A DNA stretch of 35,464 bases from the NCBI RefSeq assembly GCF_001642725.1, contig NZ_LSUQ01000026.1, positions 1 through 35,464 of the forward strand, given 5' to 3'. A program made the translations under genes and the position numbers. This document shows, one piece after another, positions 26,157 through 35,463 of this stretch. The stretch is from Ferroacidibacillus organovorans (GTDB taxonomy: Bacteria > Bacillota > Bacilli > Alicyclobacillales > SLC66). The notes under the pieces were generated by a model. The model ran no database searches. It was not told the origin of the DNA and worked only from the letters and a program-made list of their open reading frames with translations. Position 1 is the stretch's first letter, and the number at the start of each line of letters is the position of its first letter.

Positions 26157-26280
26157 ACCTCTCCCCGTTTTCACCTGCATCATCTTGCACGTCTCGCTTT
26201 AGTGACTCATGCTCCTTCAATAATAAATACGCGTCAATCTCGCCTGTCAATGAAAAATAATTCCACAGAAAATCCCTCAT
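26140..26280 (-). CDS. yqzL: YqzL family small protein
   Basis: MRDFLWNYFSLTGEIDAYLLLKE signature between era and recO; AAAGGA RBS before ATG 26280. Confidence 0.85.
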   Translation of the reverse strand: MRDFLWNYFSLTGEIDAYLLLKEHESLKRDVQDDAGENGERYEPDV

Positions 26281-26415
26281 CGCGCTCATCCTTTCCACGT
26301 TACCCGCTTGAACCAGCAGAAACGTTGCACAGGGTTCGCAACGTGACGCGTGTGATTCTAGCGTTTGTAGAAGATGGTTCGATATACGATGAATAACTTG
26401 GAAACCGTGGCGCAC

Positions 26416-27324
26416 CTATTCCTGATGGAAGCCAAACGTTCGCAACATGTTCGCTTGATTGCGCCAGTCCTTTTTCACTTTTACCCACAGTTCGAGGTAG
26501 GTTTTTGAGCCGAGTAGCGCCTCGATGTCTTGCCTTGCAAGCGTTCCAACGCGCTTTAACAAGTCGCCGTTTTTCCCAATCAAGATCCCCTTTTGGGAAT
26601 TTCGCTCCGTATAAATCGTCGCGTACACATGGATCTGATCAACATCTTCTTTATACTCAAACGTGTCAATACCGACTGCCACCGAGTGCGGAATTTCTTC
26701 GCGTGTGATTTGGAGTACCTTCTCGCGAATCAATTCCGCCACAAGCATGCGATCCGGGTGATCGGTCACCACATCCTCGGGGTAAAAAAACGGACCTTCC
26801 GGCAGCTTGGCATAGAGCAGCGAGAGCAGGCGCGGAAGTTGGTCGCCTGTCCTTGCAGAAATGGGCACGATCTCAAGGAATAATTCCTCTTTGGCGATCT
26901 GTGCGATACGTTCGAGCAGGCGATCTTTGGCCACCGTATCAACTTTATTCAACGCAAGCATCGCGGGTGTCTTGGCCTTCGCAATTTTTTCAAAAACGAG
27001 CTGTTCCGCGGCGGAGTGCGGATGCGAAGCATCGATGACGCAGAGCGCGACATCCACTTCGCGAATCGAATTCTCTGCCACATCGACCATGTACTCACCC
27101 AGTCGATGCTTGGGGCGATGAATGCCTGGCGTATCAAGAAAGACGATTTGTCCTTCGCTGCGCGTCACGATGCCGCGAATGCTTGTGCGGGTCGTCTGCG
27201 GTTTGTTCGACATGATAGCGATTTTTTGGCCGACAAACCGATTGATGAGCGTGGATTTTCCGGCATTGGGCGGACCTACCAGTGCCACAAATCCGGACTT
27301 TCGCTGTGCATCCGTTTTATTCAC
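26416..27324 (-). CDS. era: GTPase Era
   Basis: SGFVALVG.PNAGKSTL, KPQTTR, DTPGIH, NKVD, EEIPHSV, SQKGILIGK.G, LELWVKV..DWR; start moved to GTG 27324 (GGAGG RBS). Confidence 0.97.
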   Translation of the reverse strand: MNKTDAQRKSGFVALVGPPNAGKSTLINRFVGQKIAIMSNKPQTTRTSIRGIVTRSEGQIVFLDTPGIHRPKHRLGEYMVDVAENSIREVDVALCVIDASHPHSAAEQLVFEKIAKAKTPAMLALNKVDTVAKDRLLERIAQIAKEELFLEIVPISARTGDQLPRLLSLLYAKLPEGPFFYPEDVVTDHPDRMLVAELIREKVLQITREEIPHSVAVGIDTFEYKEDVDQIHVYATIYTERNSQKGILIGKNGDLLKRVGTLARQDIEALLGSKTYLELWVKVKKDWRNQANMLRTFGFHQE

Positions 27325-27745
27325 CTTGTAGCGCCTCCTTTGAAAAGGCAAATGGCAGAAGATCGGCGACACTCGTAACAAGCGACTGACCAGCGGTGTT
27401 GTAGAGCGTGACGCGGGTCTTTGCGTCACAGAATTCGGCCATCACTTGCCGACACGCGCCACATGGCGCAACCGGTCGATCTCCTTCTGCGACGACGGCG
27501 ATTTCCTGCACATCGCGAAATCCTTGCGCTATCATAGAGAAAATCGCCGTGCGCTCCGCACAGTTGGTAAGTCCATAGGATGCGTTCTCAACATTGCATC
27601 CAGTGATCAACTGGCCATTTTCCAAACGGATGACAGCGCCGACGCGAAATCCAGAATACGGGACGTACGCCCGCTGGCGCGCTGCCATCGCGTGTGTGAA
27701 AAGTTCATCTGTATTTGTAGGATGCTCATCCTTCATGTCTTGCAT
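27317..27745 (-). CDS. cdd: Cytidine deaminase (homotetrameric type)
   Basis: AYVPYS.F.VGA, GCNVENASYGLTNCAERTA, PCGACRQ, LLP.AF; start ATG 27745 (alternatives 27748, 27736). Confidence 0.95.
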   Translation of the reverse strand: MQDMKDEHPTNTDELFTHAMAARQRAYVPYSGFRVGAVIRLENGQLITGCNVENASYGLTNCAERTAIFSMIAQGFRDVQEIAVVAEGDRPVAPCGACRQVMAEFCDAKTRVTLYNTAGQSLVTSVADLLPFAFSKEALQGE

Positions 27746-28229
27746 CATTCTCCTTTTTGGTGTGGCGCATTCGCAGCGCATAACTGCTTACGCCAACGAT
27801 CAGACAGAGTAATCCGACGAGAATGACGCCGAGATACGGTGGATTCAAAAGCGTGTTTAAGGATCGCCAGTGAACCGGAGTAAACTTGTCATAAAAAACG
27901 AGATACGCTTCCACCAGCGCATTGGCAGCGGCGATAAAGACGGCCGCTGCGGCAACGTCTTTGGCGATCTTTGCTGCCGGATGGCGCTCTTTGGTGAGAT
28001 GATCGACCACATGTTCGACCGCTGTGTTTACCAATTCCAGGCAGATGACCAGCGAAATGGCAAACAGCACCGACATGATCTCAGAAATGGAGACTCTGAC
28101 AAATACGCACAGCACGATGACCGCAAACGCTGCAATAAAGTGAATCCGCATGTTGCGCTGCGTCGCAAGCGCGTGTGCGAGCCCCTCGAGTGCATAGCGA
28201 AAGCTGTTGACGAGCGTGCGCACGCTCAC
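27726..28229 (-). CDS. dgkA: Diacylglycerol / undecaprenol kinase family protein
   Basis: SF.YALEG, QRNMRIH, ELVNTAVE.VVD, AKIAKDVAA.AV. Confidence 0.9.
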   Translation of the reverse strand: MSVRTLVNSFRYALEGLAHALATQRNMRIHFIAAFAVIVLCVFVRVSISEIMSVLFAISLVICLELVNTAVEHVVDHLTKERHPAAKIAKDVAAAAVFIAAANALVEAYLVFYDKFTPVHWRSLNTLLNPPYLGVILVGLLCLIVGVSSYALRMRHTKKENDARHEG

Positions 28230-28717
28230 CGCGTAAACCTGAGCGCCGCCAGAATCTCTTCTTGCATGCGCATCATCGTCGCTTCCTCGTCAGCCGTCTG
28301 ATGGTCATATCCGAGCAGATGGAACATGCCGTGCGCAGTGAGAAAGGCGAGCTCCCGTTCAACGGAGTGTCCGTATTCCAGCGCCTGTCGTTCTACCCTC
28401 TCCCAGCAGATGATCAGATCGCCAAGCATCTGACGCTCATCGATCGCTTCAAACTCGGCCTCGCCCTCTGTCGTTTCAAGCAGCGAAAAGGACAACACAT
28501 CCGTCGGCGCGTCGATCATGCGATACGTGTTGTTATACTTTTGTATCGTATCCTCATCCACCACCGTAATCGATACCTCTGCAGGCGCGAGGTCTTCAGC
28601 GACGGCAATCGCCGCGCAAACGCGCTCCATGATCTCGCTCATTCCCTCTTCGCGAGGCACCAAAACCTCAAACGCGATGCGCACCAACATGTCTTCCGTC
28701 GATTCGTTGGGTTCCAT
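28226..28717 (-). CDS. ybeY: rRNA maturation factor YbeY
   Basis: N..YR..D.PTDVLSF, LGD..I, HGMFHLLGYDH metal-binding motif. Confidence 0.95.
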   Translation of the reverse strand: MEPNESTEDMLVRIAFEVLVPREEGMSEIMERVCAAIAVAEDLAPAEVSITVVDEDTIQKYNNTYRMIDAPTDVLSFSLLETTEGEAEFEAIDERQMLGDLIICWERVERQALEYGHSVERELAFLTAHGMFHLLGYDHQTADEEATMMRMQEEILAALRFTR

Positions 28718-28742
28718 AGTCTATCCGCTCCAAGAGTTCGGT

Positions 28743-30860
28743 CTATCGATTCTTTTGCGCCAAAAGCTTTTCCGGATCAGGGTACTCAATTCGCTCGTGA
28801 TACACCCCTTGCAGCGTACGCATAAACGCAGCCGTCATCTTATCGAGGTCGCGGAGTGTGATGTCACATTGATCCAGTTGTCCGTCTTGCAATCGGTCTT
28901 TGATAATCTTGCGAATCATCGCCTCAATGCGCGGCGGCGTCGGTTTTTGCATCGAGCGCACCGCAGCCTCCACGGCGTCACAGATCATGACGATCGCCGC
29001 CTCGCGCGACTGTGGTTTTGGCCCAGGGTAGCGAAACTGATCGATATCCGGTTGTGCGTGCTTATCTTCTTCTACCGCTTTGTTATAAAAGTACCACAAG
29101 ACGGTCGTACCGTGATGCTGTGCACAAATCGCGGTGACCGGTTCCGGCAACCTATACTCGTTTAACATGGCGAGTCCATCCGATACATGAGATGTCACAA
29201 TCAAATAAGAGAGACTCGCCGCAACTTTATCGTGCGGATTATCCCCGCCGATTTGATTCTCGATAAAAAAAGCGGGTCTTCTCATTTTACCCACATCGTG
29301 GAAATACGCGCCAACGCGACAGATGAGCGCGTCGGCTCCAATCGCCTCGGCGGCCGACTCCGCAAGATTGCCAACGATCAGACTGTGGTGATATGTCCCC
29401 GGCGCTTCAAGCAGCAAACGGCGCAGGAGCGGGTGATTCGGATTGGCGAGTTCAAGGAGACCAATGTGCGTCGTGACGCGAAAAATTGTCTCGAGATACG
29501 GCATGAGCCCGATGCTGAAAATGCCAGAAAGCAATCCGCCAACGACGCCATAGAGCAGATCATACGACACACCGCGGATCGACGTGGAACTCGGGATAAG
29601 CAGATGCATGATGCCGATCGCGGCAAAATTGATCCCTGCCGCCAAAAACCCAGCGCGCATGAACACGCCACGATTCTGGACCCGCGAAGTTGCCATCGTT
29701 GCCCCGAGCGACCCCATCAGCGCGACAAAAAATGGCGCGAACGCAAACCCGTACGCAGAAGAGGCGAGCAGCGCGACGAGTAAAGAAGACAAGAGCGCGA
29801 GTGACGTGCCAAAAAACAGGCTGATCATCATGCTGCCCATGGCAAACGGCACGGCGTCGACGAGCGACGGTGCAAACCCTGCGTTAACCGCCGTCTTGCT
29901 CACGCGGATCAGTACGATCAAAAGGGTGAGCAAAAGCGCATAGAGGAGAAGATGGAGATTATCCTTTGCAATTCGGCCCCGTCGCATCTGAATAAAAATG
30001 CCGATCGCGATAACCAAGAGCAGAACAAACAGCAGGTATCCTGCTTCCATCGCATAATCCGGCTCGTTTTTGAGCATCTTCAGGTCTTTCATTTGACTGA
30101 GCGTAGCTGGCGTTACGAGCTGCCCGCGACGCAAAATGACATCCCCGCGATTGATCCAGACATCAGGGACATTTCGCTCTGCATTCAAGCGCGCCTGCTG
30201 TGTCAGCACGGGATCATACACAAGATTAGGTTTGACGACCGCGAGCAGGAGTTTTGCGATCGCCATGCGATCTTTGATGTTAACGTCGAGCGTGACGAGT
30301 TGTTGATCGATCATCATCGCTGCATTTTTCATGTCTGACGCAGAAAAAGGCCCGCCCAACACCGTTTGAACGATGCGAATCGAATCCCCCGACAATTCAT
30401 TGAACTCAAGCGGCGTCGCCTGAAGGAGTGTTGTGAATACACTCCCATCAACCCCCGGCGGGGCGCTCGCCTTTAATGTCAAAAGGCGCTCCGCCATCGT
30501 GAGCGATTTATCCGATAGAACCGTCTGTGTCGTTACGAAGAGTCGCTCAAGAATCGACACCGCGCTTTGCTCGATCGCCGGATTGACATCGTACCGTGGC
30601 GACACCTGCTGCGCCGCGGCAATGCGCGCCTGCTGTGTGGCGTACGTATCCACCGCATCCGTCGGCGCGACGATCGTCGACTGACTGACTTGCCCCACCG
30701 AAAAGGAATAGCGCTGAGGCAAGACCGCGCCAATCAACAAAGCATAGATGACGACAACAAGCTCTCCATAAATCGCGGCCCGCATTCTGCGACTTTTGTG
30801 AAAAGGGAGCGACGTGAGAAATTGGATCAAACGGTTCTGCGTGCGCGCAGTACGCTTCAT
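28743..30860 (-). CDS. pgpH: 7TM-HD family cyclic-di-AMP phosphodiesterase (PgpH/YqfF)
   Basis: Extracellular domain plus 7 TM; LLELANPNHPLL..LL.EAPGTYHHS, YFHDVGK, F.ENQ, HHGT, FRYPGPKP, D.VEAA.RS; start moved to ATG 30860, after the phoH stop. Confidence 0.92.
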   Translation of the reverse strand: MKRTARTQNRLIQFLTSLPFHKSRRMRAAIYGELVVVIYALLIGAVLPQRYSFSVGQVSQSTIVAPTDAVDTYATQQARIAAAQQVSPRYDVNPAIEQSAVSILERLFVTTQTVLSDKSLTMAERLLTLKASAPPGVDGSVFTTLLQATPLEFNELSGDSIRIVQTVLGGPFSASDMKNAAMMIDQQLVTLDVNIKDRMAIAKLLLAVVKPNLVYDPVLTQQARLNAERNVPDVWINRGDVILRRGQLVTPATLSQMKDLKMLKNEPDYAMEAGYLLFVLLLVIAIGIFIQMRRGRIAKDNLHLLLYALLLTLLIVLIRVSKTAVNAGFAPSLVDAVPFAMGSMMISLFFGTSLALLSSLLVALLASSAYGFAFAPFFVALMGSLGATMATSRVQNRGVFMRAGFLAAGINFAAIGIMHLLIPSSTSIRGVSYDLLYGVVGGLLSGIFSIGLMPYLETIFRVTTHIGLLELANPNHPLLRRLLLEAPGTYHHSLIVGNLAESAAEAIGADALICRVGAYFHDVGKMRRPAFFIENQIGGDNPHDKVAASLSYLIVTSHVSDGLAMLNEYRLPEPVTAICAQHHGTTVLWYFYNKAVEEDKHAQPDIDQFRYPGPKPQSREAAIVMICDAVEAAVRSMQKPTPPRIEAMIRKIIKDRLQDGQLDQCDITLRDLDKMTAAFMRTLQGVYHERIEYPDPEKLLAQKNR

Positions 30861-30867
30861 GGATCCA

Positions 30868-31848
30868 TCATCCGAGGTCGGCCTCGTCTTCTGCCGCGTA
30901 TGCGCGAATAATGCGTTGAACAAGCGGATGGCGCACAACGTCCGCCTCATCCAACTCAATAAACGAAATCTCGTCAATTCCGCTCAAAATGCGTGCCGCT
31001 TCTTTCAATCCCGAGCGTTTTCCGCGCGGGAGATCAATCTGAGTGACGTCACCTGTTATGACCATCTTCGCGCTGTGACCGAGTCGCGTGAGAAACATTT
31101 TCATCTGCTCTGGCGTCGTGTTCTGCGCTTCATCAAGAATCACAAACGCTTCATCAAGTGTCCGCCCGCGCATATAGGCGAGAGGCGCAACTTCAACCAA
31201 TCCGCGCTCCATCGAGCGCGCCAACTGCTCAGGCCCCATCACATCGTGGAGAGCGTCATAGAGCGGTCGCAGATACGGGTCTACTTTCTCTTGAAGATCG
31301 CCCGGCAAGAAGCCGAGGTTCTCCCCCGCTTCGACCGCAGGCCGTGTCAAAATGATACGTTTGACTTCCGAACGCTTCAAACTCAAAAAAGCAAGCACGA
31401 CCGCCATATAGGTTTTTCCTGTTCCAGCAGGCCCAATTCCAAAAACAATATCGTGTTTGCGAATCGCATCCACATAGCGTCTTTGACCAAGCGTTTTGAT
31501 GCGAATGCTTTTGCCGCGAAACGTCTGTGCGATCTCTTCTGTATACATCTCTAAAAGAGCGCGAACTTGTCCCGTTTTTGAAAGGGTGATCGCATAAGCG
31601 ATGTCCCTTTCTGTAAGTCCATATCCTTTGTGGGAAAGGGCTGTGAGCACGTCAAACAGTTCGCCCAGTTCGGCCACATCCGATTCTTTTCCAGTCAACG
31701 TAATCTCATTGCCTCGGCTGATCACTTGACACGAAAAGGCTTGGTCCAATGCACGCAAATGTGCATCGTGTGGCCCGAGGATCGCTCTTGCCTCTTCATT
31801 GTCTCGCAGGACAATTTTTCGTGATGACGTCACGCTCGCTTCGCTCAA
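30868..31848 (-). CDS. phoH: PhoH family ATPase
   Basis: GPAGTGKT, LTRPAVEAGE.LGFLPGD, PLAYMRGRTL, ILDEAQN, TGDVTQIDLP, DVVRHPLV. Confidence 0.96.
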   Translation of the reverse strand: MSEASVTSSRKIVLRDNEEARAILGPHDAHLRALDQAFSCQVISRGNEITLTGKESDVAELGELFDVLTALSHKGYGLTERDIAYAITLSKTGQVRALLEMYTEEIAQTFRGKSIRIKTLGQRRYVDAIRKHDIVFGIGPAGTGKTYMAVVLAFLSLKRSEVKRIILTRPAVEAGENLGFLPGDLQEKVDPYLRPLYDALHDVMGPEQLARSMERGLVEVAPLAYMRGRTLDEAFVILDEAQNTTPEQMKMFLTRLGHSAKMVITGDVTQIDLPRGKRSGLKEAARILSGIDEISFIELDEADVVRHPLVQRIIRAYAAEDEADLG

Positions 31849-31928
31849 AAGGCGTCTTCTCTCCCATCAAAAAAAGTTCCAGCGCCGTACATTTTCGCAC
31901 TATCTTCCATTGCGGTACCCATCCGTCA

Positions 31929-33089
31929 TTAAAGTTGCGCTGGCTTGCCGATGTCTTCAATCGCTTCAGACCAGATGATTACATCTAGCTTACCATGCTG
32001 AACTTGAGACTGTAAAACGGTCTGCCTCACAATCCGCGTTCGATCCGGCGCCTTTTGTGAAATCTCACGCGCGACGAGTTCTTTTGCGTTCACAAGAAGT
32101 TGTGCCGGTGTCTCTGTAAGCTTGTGAACGGAAGCCTGATAGATGGTCTCTTTGCGCAGCGAAAATGGAAGTGTGACGCCGCCGATCGTGATCGGCTCCG
32201 TAACATCCTGCACCTGCTTGTGTGTGTAATCTGCGCGAGCAAACCCCCAGACCGGCAAAACCAGATGGGGAAAGACGAGCGCGTAGCGTACGACATGCTC
32301 TCCTGTGAGCGTGGATACGGTTGTCGTCACGGGAAGCGATACGGTGGAGCGATACCAAACGTACGCTTCGACCATTCCGGCCGCGCGAATTTTTTTTCCG
32401 CTCTCAAGTTGTCCGCTGATGAGAACCGTGCCAGGCGTGACAAACTGGCCTGGTTTGACCAGCGGTTGTCCTGCGTCTGCCAACACGGAAGACACCACGC
32501 CTGGAACACTCGCTACAATATTTTGCGGCGTCGTGAGTGGCGGCTTTGAAAGTGGCGTACGTGGAATTATTTTGACAAAAATCGATGTGCCTTCAATCCG
32601 CACGCCCGCCCACGCGATTTCTGGAATTTTATCTAAAAGAGCGAGTTGAATCGAGTCTTGGTCAAGGAGATTCCAAAGCGTGCTGCCCTTTGTAATGTGC
32701 ATGGACCGAAGAGCGCTCATGACAACTTCCGGCTGATCAGTTCCCTCGATCTCCACATGCCAGACAAAGCTTGAGAGCATGTACAACGCAAAGACAAAAA
32801 AAAGGGCGCCACCGACAAACACCTTTCGCCGCATTGCGCGCCACGCGAGAAACGGTATGCCTACTTTGCGAAAAAAACGTAAACGTATGCGATTTTTTCG
32901 AGCAACCGCCAGTACCGTCTTTACGCTTTTAAGCCCGATGGACATGCGATAGCCAAGTGGATCCTGTCGAACATCCCAAATCGCCGCGCCTGCGCGAACC
33001 GCATCAGCGAGAACGACACTTTTTGCGTCATCCATCACGAGTACGATTACATAACCTCGCAGTGCATCTGAGAGTTTTGCTGTCATCAC
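31929..33089 (-). CDS. yqfD: Sporulation protein YqfD (stage IV)
   Basis: G.PF, LSSFVW.VEI.G, W.GV...GT, NIVA...G.V, G.P.VK.G..V..G.VLISG, A.G.V.A..WY; follows yqfC. Confidence 0.88.
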   Translation of the reverse strand: MMTAKLSDALRGYVIVLVMDDAKSVVLADAVRAGAAIWDVRQDPLGYRMSIGLKSVKTVLAVARKNRIRLRFFRKVGIPFLAWRAMRRKVFVGGALFFVFALYMLSSFVWHVEIEGTDQPEVVMSALRSMHITKGSTLWNLLDQDSIQLALLDKIPEIAWAGVRIEGTSIFVKIIPRTPLSKPPLTTPQNIVASVPGVVSSVLADAGQPLVKPGQFVTPGTVLISGQLESGKKIRAAGMVEAYVWYRSTVSLPVTTTVSTLTGEHVVRYALVFPHLVLPVWGFARADYTHKQVQDVTEPITIGGVTLPFSLRKETIYQASVHKLTETPAQLLVNAKELVAREISQKAPDRTRIVRQTVLQSQVQHGKLDVIIWSEAIEDIGKPAQL

Positions 33090-33117
33090 GCGGCTCCCCT
33101 TTAAAGGCCACTTCTTC

Positions 33118-33399
33118 CTAGTTGCGCCAGGCCGTTGCCAGAATTCGTCCCTCGATCACAATTTCTTCAGGATAGATGGAGCGGATCTCCATCCCTTCAC
33201 CCTGCAAAACCAGTTCTTGATCAACAAACGCGATACAAATTTCTTGACTCCCATAGGAGCGAATGCCGGTGTAGTTCTCAACCACCGCTTGCATGTCCTT
33301 GATCAGCGTGACACGCGGTAAACGCGACAGCGTGTCTTTGGGAATTTGAAGAACATCTCCCGCAAAGCGCTCTGTGCGCTCTCGCCATGTTCGGCGCAT
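33118..33399 (-). CDS. yqfC: Sporulation protein YqfC (YabP/YqfC family)
   Basis: LQIPKD....LPRVTL......VENY.GI..Y, L.GE...I..I..EEI.IEG.I; GAGGAGG RBS. Confidence 0.88.
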   Translation of the reverse strand: MRRTWRERTERFAGDVLQIPKDTLSRLPRVTLIKDMQAVVENYTGIRSYGSQEICIAFVDQELVLQGEGMEIRSIYPEEIVIEGRILATAWRN

Positions 33400-33437
33400 G
33401 GGACATCCCTCCTCACATGACTTCTATGCAGAAAATG

Positions 33438-33478
33438 AAAAAAAAGACCGCAGAGGCGTGTCGCATCCTCTACGGTCT
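33438..33478 (-). terminator. Rho-independent terminator after yqeY
   Basis: Minus strand AGACCGTAGAGG/CCTCTGCGGTCT stem followed by a T-tract. Confidence 0.8.
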
Positions 33479-33507
33479 GTCAGGGATCGTGCATTGTGAA
33501 ACTTAGA

Positions 33508-33942
33508 TCAGGAAAGTGACTCCTGCACAAGCCGGTTGATCGTGCGCCCATCTGCGCGATCTGCCAGTTTGCCCATCACCACAGGCATCACCTTTTTAAG
33601 ATCAGCCTTAGATGACGCCCCCGTCTCTTGAATGACCTGCATGATCACGGCGCGAATCTCGGTTTCTGATAGCTCCTCTGGCAGATAGCCTTTTAAAACC
33701 GCGAGTTCCGCCTCCATCTCAGCCACAAAGTCTGGCCTTCCCGAACCGGCCGCCGCGAGCGCATCCTGCCGCTGCTTCACTTCTTTTTTAAACACGTTAT
33801 TCCAATCTTTTTCTGTCAACTCTCGCCGTTCATCAATCGCTATGTTTTTTGCAGCTGACTTTACCATGCGCAGTACACTGACGCGCACTTTATCCTTGGC
33901 GATCAGCGCGTCTTTAATATCCCGGTCAATCGTTTCCATCAT
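33508..33942 (-). CDS. yqeY: GatB/YqeY domain protein
   Basis: D.K.A..AKDK.R.SVLRMVK, KEVKQR.D, GR.D...E..VL..YLP..LS, ADG..IN..V...L; follows rpsU. Confidence 0.92.
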   Translation of the reverse strand: MMETIDRDIKDALIAKDKVRVSVLRMVKSAAKNIAIDERRELTEKDWNNVFKKEVKQRQDALAAAGSGRPDFVAEMEAELAVLKGYLPEELSETEIRAVIMQVIQETGASSKADLKKVMPVVMGKLADRADGRTINRLVQESLS

Positions 33943-34069
33943 GCGCTTTCACTCCCCACAATCCTGCGTAAACATGATAAACGACCACCGTTGCCAATGG
34001 TCGCTGAATGTTATTAGAGTTGTCCAAACGCGAAAGAAAGCGAACGCAATCCATATGGACCATGACAAC

Positions 34070-34246
34070 TTAGAATTTTTTCTTCTTACGGGCCTCAATC
34101 TCTTTTTTCTTGCGGGCCACACTCGGCTTGTCATACTGCTTACGTTTTCTGACTTCAGCGAGGATCCCGTCTTTGGCTGTCGCGCGCTTAAATCGTTTCA
34201 AAGCGCTCTCCAAAGACTCGTTCTTCCGAATTTTAATCTCGGACAT
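34070..34246 (-). CDS. rpsU: 30S ribosomal protein S21 (not in the ORF track; 58 aa)
   Basis: Manual translation [70 protein letters not shown]. Confidence 0.97.
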   Translation of the reverse strand: MSEIKIRKNESLESALKRFKRATAKDGILAEVRKRKQYDKPSVARKKKEIEARKKKKF

Positions 34247-34304
34247 GGTTTTCCCTCCCTCCGCGAAGCCATACCGCTAAAATACCCTACGCACATCATT
34301 AAGC

Positions 34305-34334
34305 ATTATAGGCGAAAGCCAAGCAGAGTGTCAA
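34305..34334 (-). promoter_or_regulatory. Consensus SigA promoter of rpsU
   Basis: Minus strand TTGACA (34334-34329), 18 bp, TATAAT (34310-34305). Confidence 0.8.
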
Positions 34335-35095
34335 CTCATAGGCTGTTCATGAACACGCCGTTCGAGCACGTACAGACGCTCCCAGAGCGGCCCAAATGTG
34401 GAGACGCCGAGCGCCTGTAATAGATGGATCTGACGCGCCCACACACATGCGGTCATCCGCGCGTCGCCAAGCGCAGTGTGCCGTTCTGTGACGGGGATTT
34501 CATACAGTTCAAGCAGTGCGTCAAGGCTTGGGTACTTCTTTAGATCGTGCACACAAAGCGACACTTTCCCAGTGTCAATGATGTGTTGCTGGAGCTCTAT
34601 GGCAAAGTGACGACGAAGCGCCGCGTTGATGAATTTCACATCGTGACCCGCATGATGCGCGACAATCACGCGATCGCCGATAAATTGCAAAAAAGCCTGC
34701 AATGCAAGTTCAAGCGGCGGCGCATCGCGCAAAACCTCTTCCGTTATCCCGGTCAAATCGCGCACGACTTGTGGAATTTCATCCCCCTGTCGCAGTTTTA
34801 CGAAGGTGTGAAACTCGCGCACGCTTGCCGTTTGGTCGAACAGCACGGCCGCAAGCGACAGCAAGCGATCCTGCTGCACCTCAAACCCGGTCGTCTCCGT
34901 GTCGATCACCGCATAGGGCGCCTGCGTCAACTGCAAGTCGGACATCTCATGCTCATGAATCGCGCGCAGCGTCGCACGCATCTCGACTTGCGCTTGCAGA
35001 GACTCTGCATTTTCAAGTCCGCGATCAAGCTCCGTATTGGAGTTTCCAAAAAGGTGCTTCAATACACGAATGCGTTCGAACCCCACATGGTTCAC
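34331..35095 (-). CDS. DEDDh (DnaQ-like) 3'-5' exonuclease-domain protein
   Basis: ExoI VIDTETTG, LTGI, ExoII VAHHAGHD, IDT, ExoIII RHTALGDA; ATGA overlap with the upstream gene. Confidence 0.9.
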   Translation of the reverse strand: MNHVGFERIRVLKHLFGNSNTELDRGLENAESLQAQVEMRATLRAIHEHEMSDLQLTQAPYAVIDTETTGFEVQQDRLLSLAAVLFDQTASVREFHTFVKLRQGDEIPQVVRDLTGITEEVLRDAPPLELALQAFLQFIGDRVIVAHHAGHDVKFINAALRRHFAIELQQHIIDTGKVSLCVHDLKKYPSLDALLELYEIPVTERHTALGDARMTACVWARQIHLLQALGVSTFGPLWERLYVLERRVHEQPMS

Positions 35096-35463
35096 CCCGA
35101 TCGCGCGAATTGCTTCGCCGTCATTTGTTGGAGAGATTTGGCGGTTCGCAGCGCGTCTTTCAAACGTCGACGCGAAGGATCATCAAGTTCTGAGAGCGAA
35201 ATTCGGTCATCCATCGTTTTTCTCTCTTCATAGAGACGCAGGTGATGCCCGACACGCGCGTCAAGGGTCGTCACGAACGCCTCCTTCACGCGATCAGCGA
35301 GTTCCTCAGACCACACCCGCTGTGACGTAAGCGCCTCAATCCGCGACAGCGTTTGGGGGACGTTGATCAAAACGCTGTGCGCCCAGAGGCGGACGCTGTT
35401 GACAAGCGGCGTGTAGAGCCCCTCTTTCACATGAAAGTAACCTTTTCCGCTCACACCTTCAAG
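35092..35463 (-). CDS. C-terminal part of a DUF294 nucleotidyltransferase-like protein (5' truncated by the window edge)
   Basis: G.F.VKEG.Y.PLVN.VRLWA, TL.RI..L, L.L......LK.AL...K.LQ pattern of the DUF294 C-terminal domain; frame open to the window end; coupled to a DEDDh exonuclease as is usual for this family. Confidence 0.72.
   Translation of the reverse strand, partial: LEGVSGKGYFHVKEGLYTPLVNSVRLWAHSVLINVPQTLSRIEALTSQRVWSEELADRVKEAFVTTLDARVGHHLRLYEERKTMDDRISLSELDDPSRRRLKDALRTAKSLQQMTAKQFARSG

Noticed and set aside
26355..26387. Forespore-type promoter (GTATA ... CAAACGCTA) upstream of yqzL-recO, and a SigE-like CATAGAAG upstream of yqfC (33421-33428)
   Set aside because: Plausible from gene function, but the matches are too degenerate to support without TSS data
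27317..27350. B. subtilis-type programmed -1 frameshift at the end of cdd
   Set aside because: The CGA-AAG shift site is not present; TCA-AAG occurs but the -1 frame stops within a few codons and does not join era
30814..31554. Long antisense ORFs (this one; also 1338..1994, 28518..29165, 29187..29783, 34547..35233)
   Set aside because: Shadow frames opposite well-conserved genes, expected at this GC content; no RBS or domain motifs
33949..34134. ORF-track 61-aa ORF near rpsU, and ORF 33842..34420
   Set aside because: Alternative-frame or antisense overlaps of the real rpsU gene (34070..34246) and yqeY
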